Of a stretch of DNA of 17,909 nt, positions 16,738 to 17,909 are shown piece by piece (position 1 is the first letter of the stretch; every line of letters begins with the position of its first letter). Under the pieces are notes generated by a model that saw only the letters and a list, made by a program, of their open reading frames with translations, made no database searches and was not told the origin of the DNA. Origin of the DNA: Planctomycetota bacterium (lineage in GTDB: Bacteria; Planctomycetota; UBA1135; UBA2386); NCBI GenBank assembly GCA_039029375.1, contig JBCCGH010000196.1, forward strand, positions 1-17,909. Reading direction: 5' to 3'. Made by a program: the position numbers and the translations under genes.

Positions 16738-17200
16738 ATTCCGCAACCTGCTTTTCTCCTGTGATGCGTGCAACAGCGCCAAATCCGATCGGTTCCCGCT
16801 CATTGAGGGCGCGACCGCTCTCGAACCAGAGCAGTCTCCGGATGAGGTCGAGGAACACCAGATGCTCGTCGACCCCCTTCGCGAGGACCCCGGTGCGCAC
16901 CTGACCTTCGTGCGCACGGGAGGGCGCTACCAGCTGGCGCCGCGCTCGGAGCGCGGCAGGGTGACGATCGAAGTGTTGGGTCTACGCCGGGACGGTCTCA
17001 AAGATCTCTATCAGCAGCACGTCAGCGAGACGTTGGCAGCGGTTATCCGAGACTACCGGCGCGACAAGAAGCGGGGGGACCGGAACGGCGTCCGCCGGGC
17101 CAGGGATCGGGCAAAGCGACTGTGCGTTCGAGAGAAGAGATTCTCGCTGCTCGCGCTTTGCTGTTTCCTTGAACAGGGTGTGGTGACGCTGCCTCGATGA
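16574..17200 (+). CDS. HNH endonuclease (PtuB-like / TIGR02646-type), ~208 aa, GTG start
   Basis: CCYCEQALERGNGAVEHFRPK...YWWLAYEFRNLLFSCDACNSAKSD fits the HNH pattern (C-x-Y-C-E ... H-x-x-P-K ... N-L-x-x-x-C-x-x-C-N). Its frame starts inside the upstream ATPase ORF. Confidence 0.7.
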   Translation: MREVLLAVQHKKCCYCEQALERGNGAVEHFRPKVAVRREVTGGVKQTGYWWLAYEFRNLLFSCDACNSAKSDRFPLIEGATALEPEQSPDEVEEHQMLVDPLREDPGAHLTFVRTGGRYQLAPRSERGRVTIEVLGLRRDGLKDLYQQHVSETLAAVIRDYRRDKKRGDRNGVRRARDRAKRLCVREKRFSLLALCCFLEQGVVTLPR

Positions 17201-17228
17201 GCCGGGTGCGCCCTTCGAACCGGCCCGG

Positions 17229-17735
17229 TCACGACCGCGTGCGCGACCGCGGACCACCCCCGGCACGGCACACCACCAAGCCGTCCGTTTGCATGCCGAG
17301 TCCCACGATGTAGTGCACGTAGTGGAACACGGCGGGGGCCACCAGAATCAGGCTGTCGAAGCGATCGAGCAAGCCGCCGTGTCCGGGGATCGTCTGGCCG
17401 AGGTCCTTGACGCCCAGATCACGCTTGATCGAGGACCGCATCAGATCGCCGAGCTGCCCCACGACGCTGACGATCAGCCCAAGACCGAGCAGCGGCAGGG
17501 GCGCGTCCATCGCGGTGCCTTTGAAGATGTAGTGACCGAGCAGCGCGACGAGCGGCGCGATGACGACGCAAGCGCCGATCGCGCCGCCGAGCGTCTTGTT
17601 TGGGCTCGTGTTGGGCGCGAGCTTGCGCTTGCCGAACGACTTGCCGGCGATGAACGCGGCGACGTCGTTTGCGGCTCGTTGTTTTGTCTCTAGAGCGAGG
17701 GGCCTCGGGGCGTGGTGGGCAGGACGCCGCAGGCT
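17229..17735 (-). pseudogene. cdsA: 5'-truncated phosphatidate cytidylyltransferase (cdsA) fragment; C-terminal ~150 aa only
   Basis: CdsA signatures: FIAGKSFGKRKLAPNTSPNKTLGGAIG and SSIKRDLGVKDLGQTIPGHGGLLDRFDSLILVAP. Upstream, the frame loses homology at ~17690 and hits TGA at 17736-17738 with no in-frame start codon. The N-terminal TM half is absent. Confidence 0.6.
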
Positions 17736-17837
17736 CAGTCACTGGCTGCCTTGGCGCGTGCGAACCGACCTAGTGTCCTGGATCCGAAGTTCCTGCACAG
17801 ATGGCACCCGTCCGGCCACCGCTCGCTGCGTCGCACC

Positions 17838-17884
17838 TCCTCGACGTATCCACCAATATGCCTGCGTCGGTGCTTCTTGCGAGC
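17838..17884. repeat. Right copy of the imperfect direct repeat (left copy at 44-90). Translated on the minus strand it is a start-less fragment of the gene at 1-120
   Basis: Minus-strand translation PDAARKKHRRRHIGGYVEEV... parallels PRDIGAGRKAGRRRHIRGYGEDD... from the gene at 1-120. The right copy is preceded by an in-frame TGA. Confidence 0.6.
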
Positions 17885-17909
17885 AGCGTCCGGTCACGCA
17901 CCCTCTGCA

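Noticed and set aside
15661-17200. Single intact ATPase-HNH fusion protein
   Set aside because: The two domains are in different frames, joined immediately after Walker B with no H-loop region. This is reported as a disrupted or overlapping pair rather than a fusion.
1-17909. CRISPR array or integrase/transposase genes
   Set aside because: No regularly spaced short direct repeats were found, and there are no tyrosine/serine recombinase or DDE transposase motifs in any frame. The only large repeats are the DGR TR/VR set and the window-end repeat.

Overview
High-GC (~70%) bacterial window whose main feature is a diversity-generating retroelement (DGR). The DGR has a reverse transcriptase (6173-7165, -), a 133-bp template repeat (TR, 7338-7470, -) and an Avd-like accessory gene, and it diversifies two membrane proteins. 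Both targets end in a formylglycine-generating-enzyme (FGE)/C-type-lectin (CLec) domain carrying a variable repeat (VR1 5941-6073 on +, VR2 8642-8774 on -). Every TR/VR mismatch lies at a TR adenine (17 of 27 As in VR1, 6 of 27 in VR2), and a conserved GC hairpin follows each VR but not the TR. Target 2 is the last gene of a translationally coupled operon: TIR-domain protein (768 aa), MoxR-like AAA+ ATPase (319 aa), then a 1228-aa three-TM protein (possible degenerate vWA, C-terminal FGE/CLec with VR2). This looks like a DGR-diversified transmembrane sensor wired to a TIR/MoxR module, and it is the most interesting candidate system in the window. Next to it, transcribed divergently, is a Septu-like ATPase + HNH nuclease pair with an apparent frame disruption. 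On the left flank are an SPFH/band-7 protein, a secreted LamG-like protein and a 1.6-kb structured non-coding stretch with tRNA-like T-arm motifs and two minus-strand terminators. The window ends carry an imperfect ~47-bp direct repeat, and a 5'-truncated cdsA fragment sits inside the right repeat, suggesting island boundaries or rearrangement. All domain calls come from motif reading by eye; no database searches were run.
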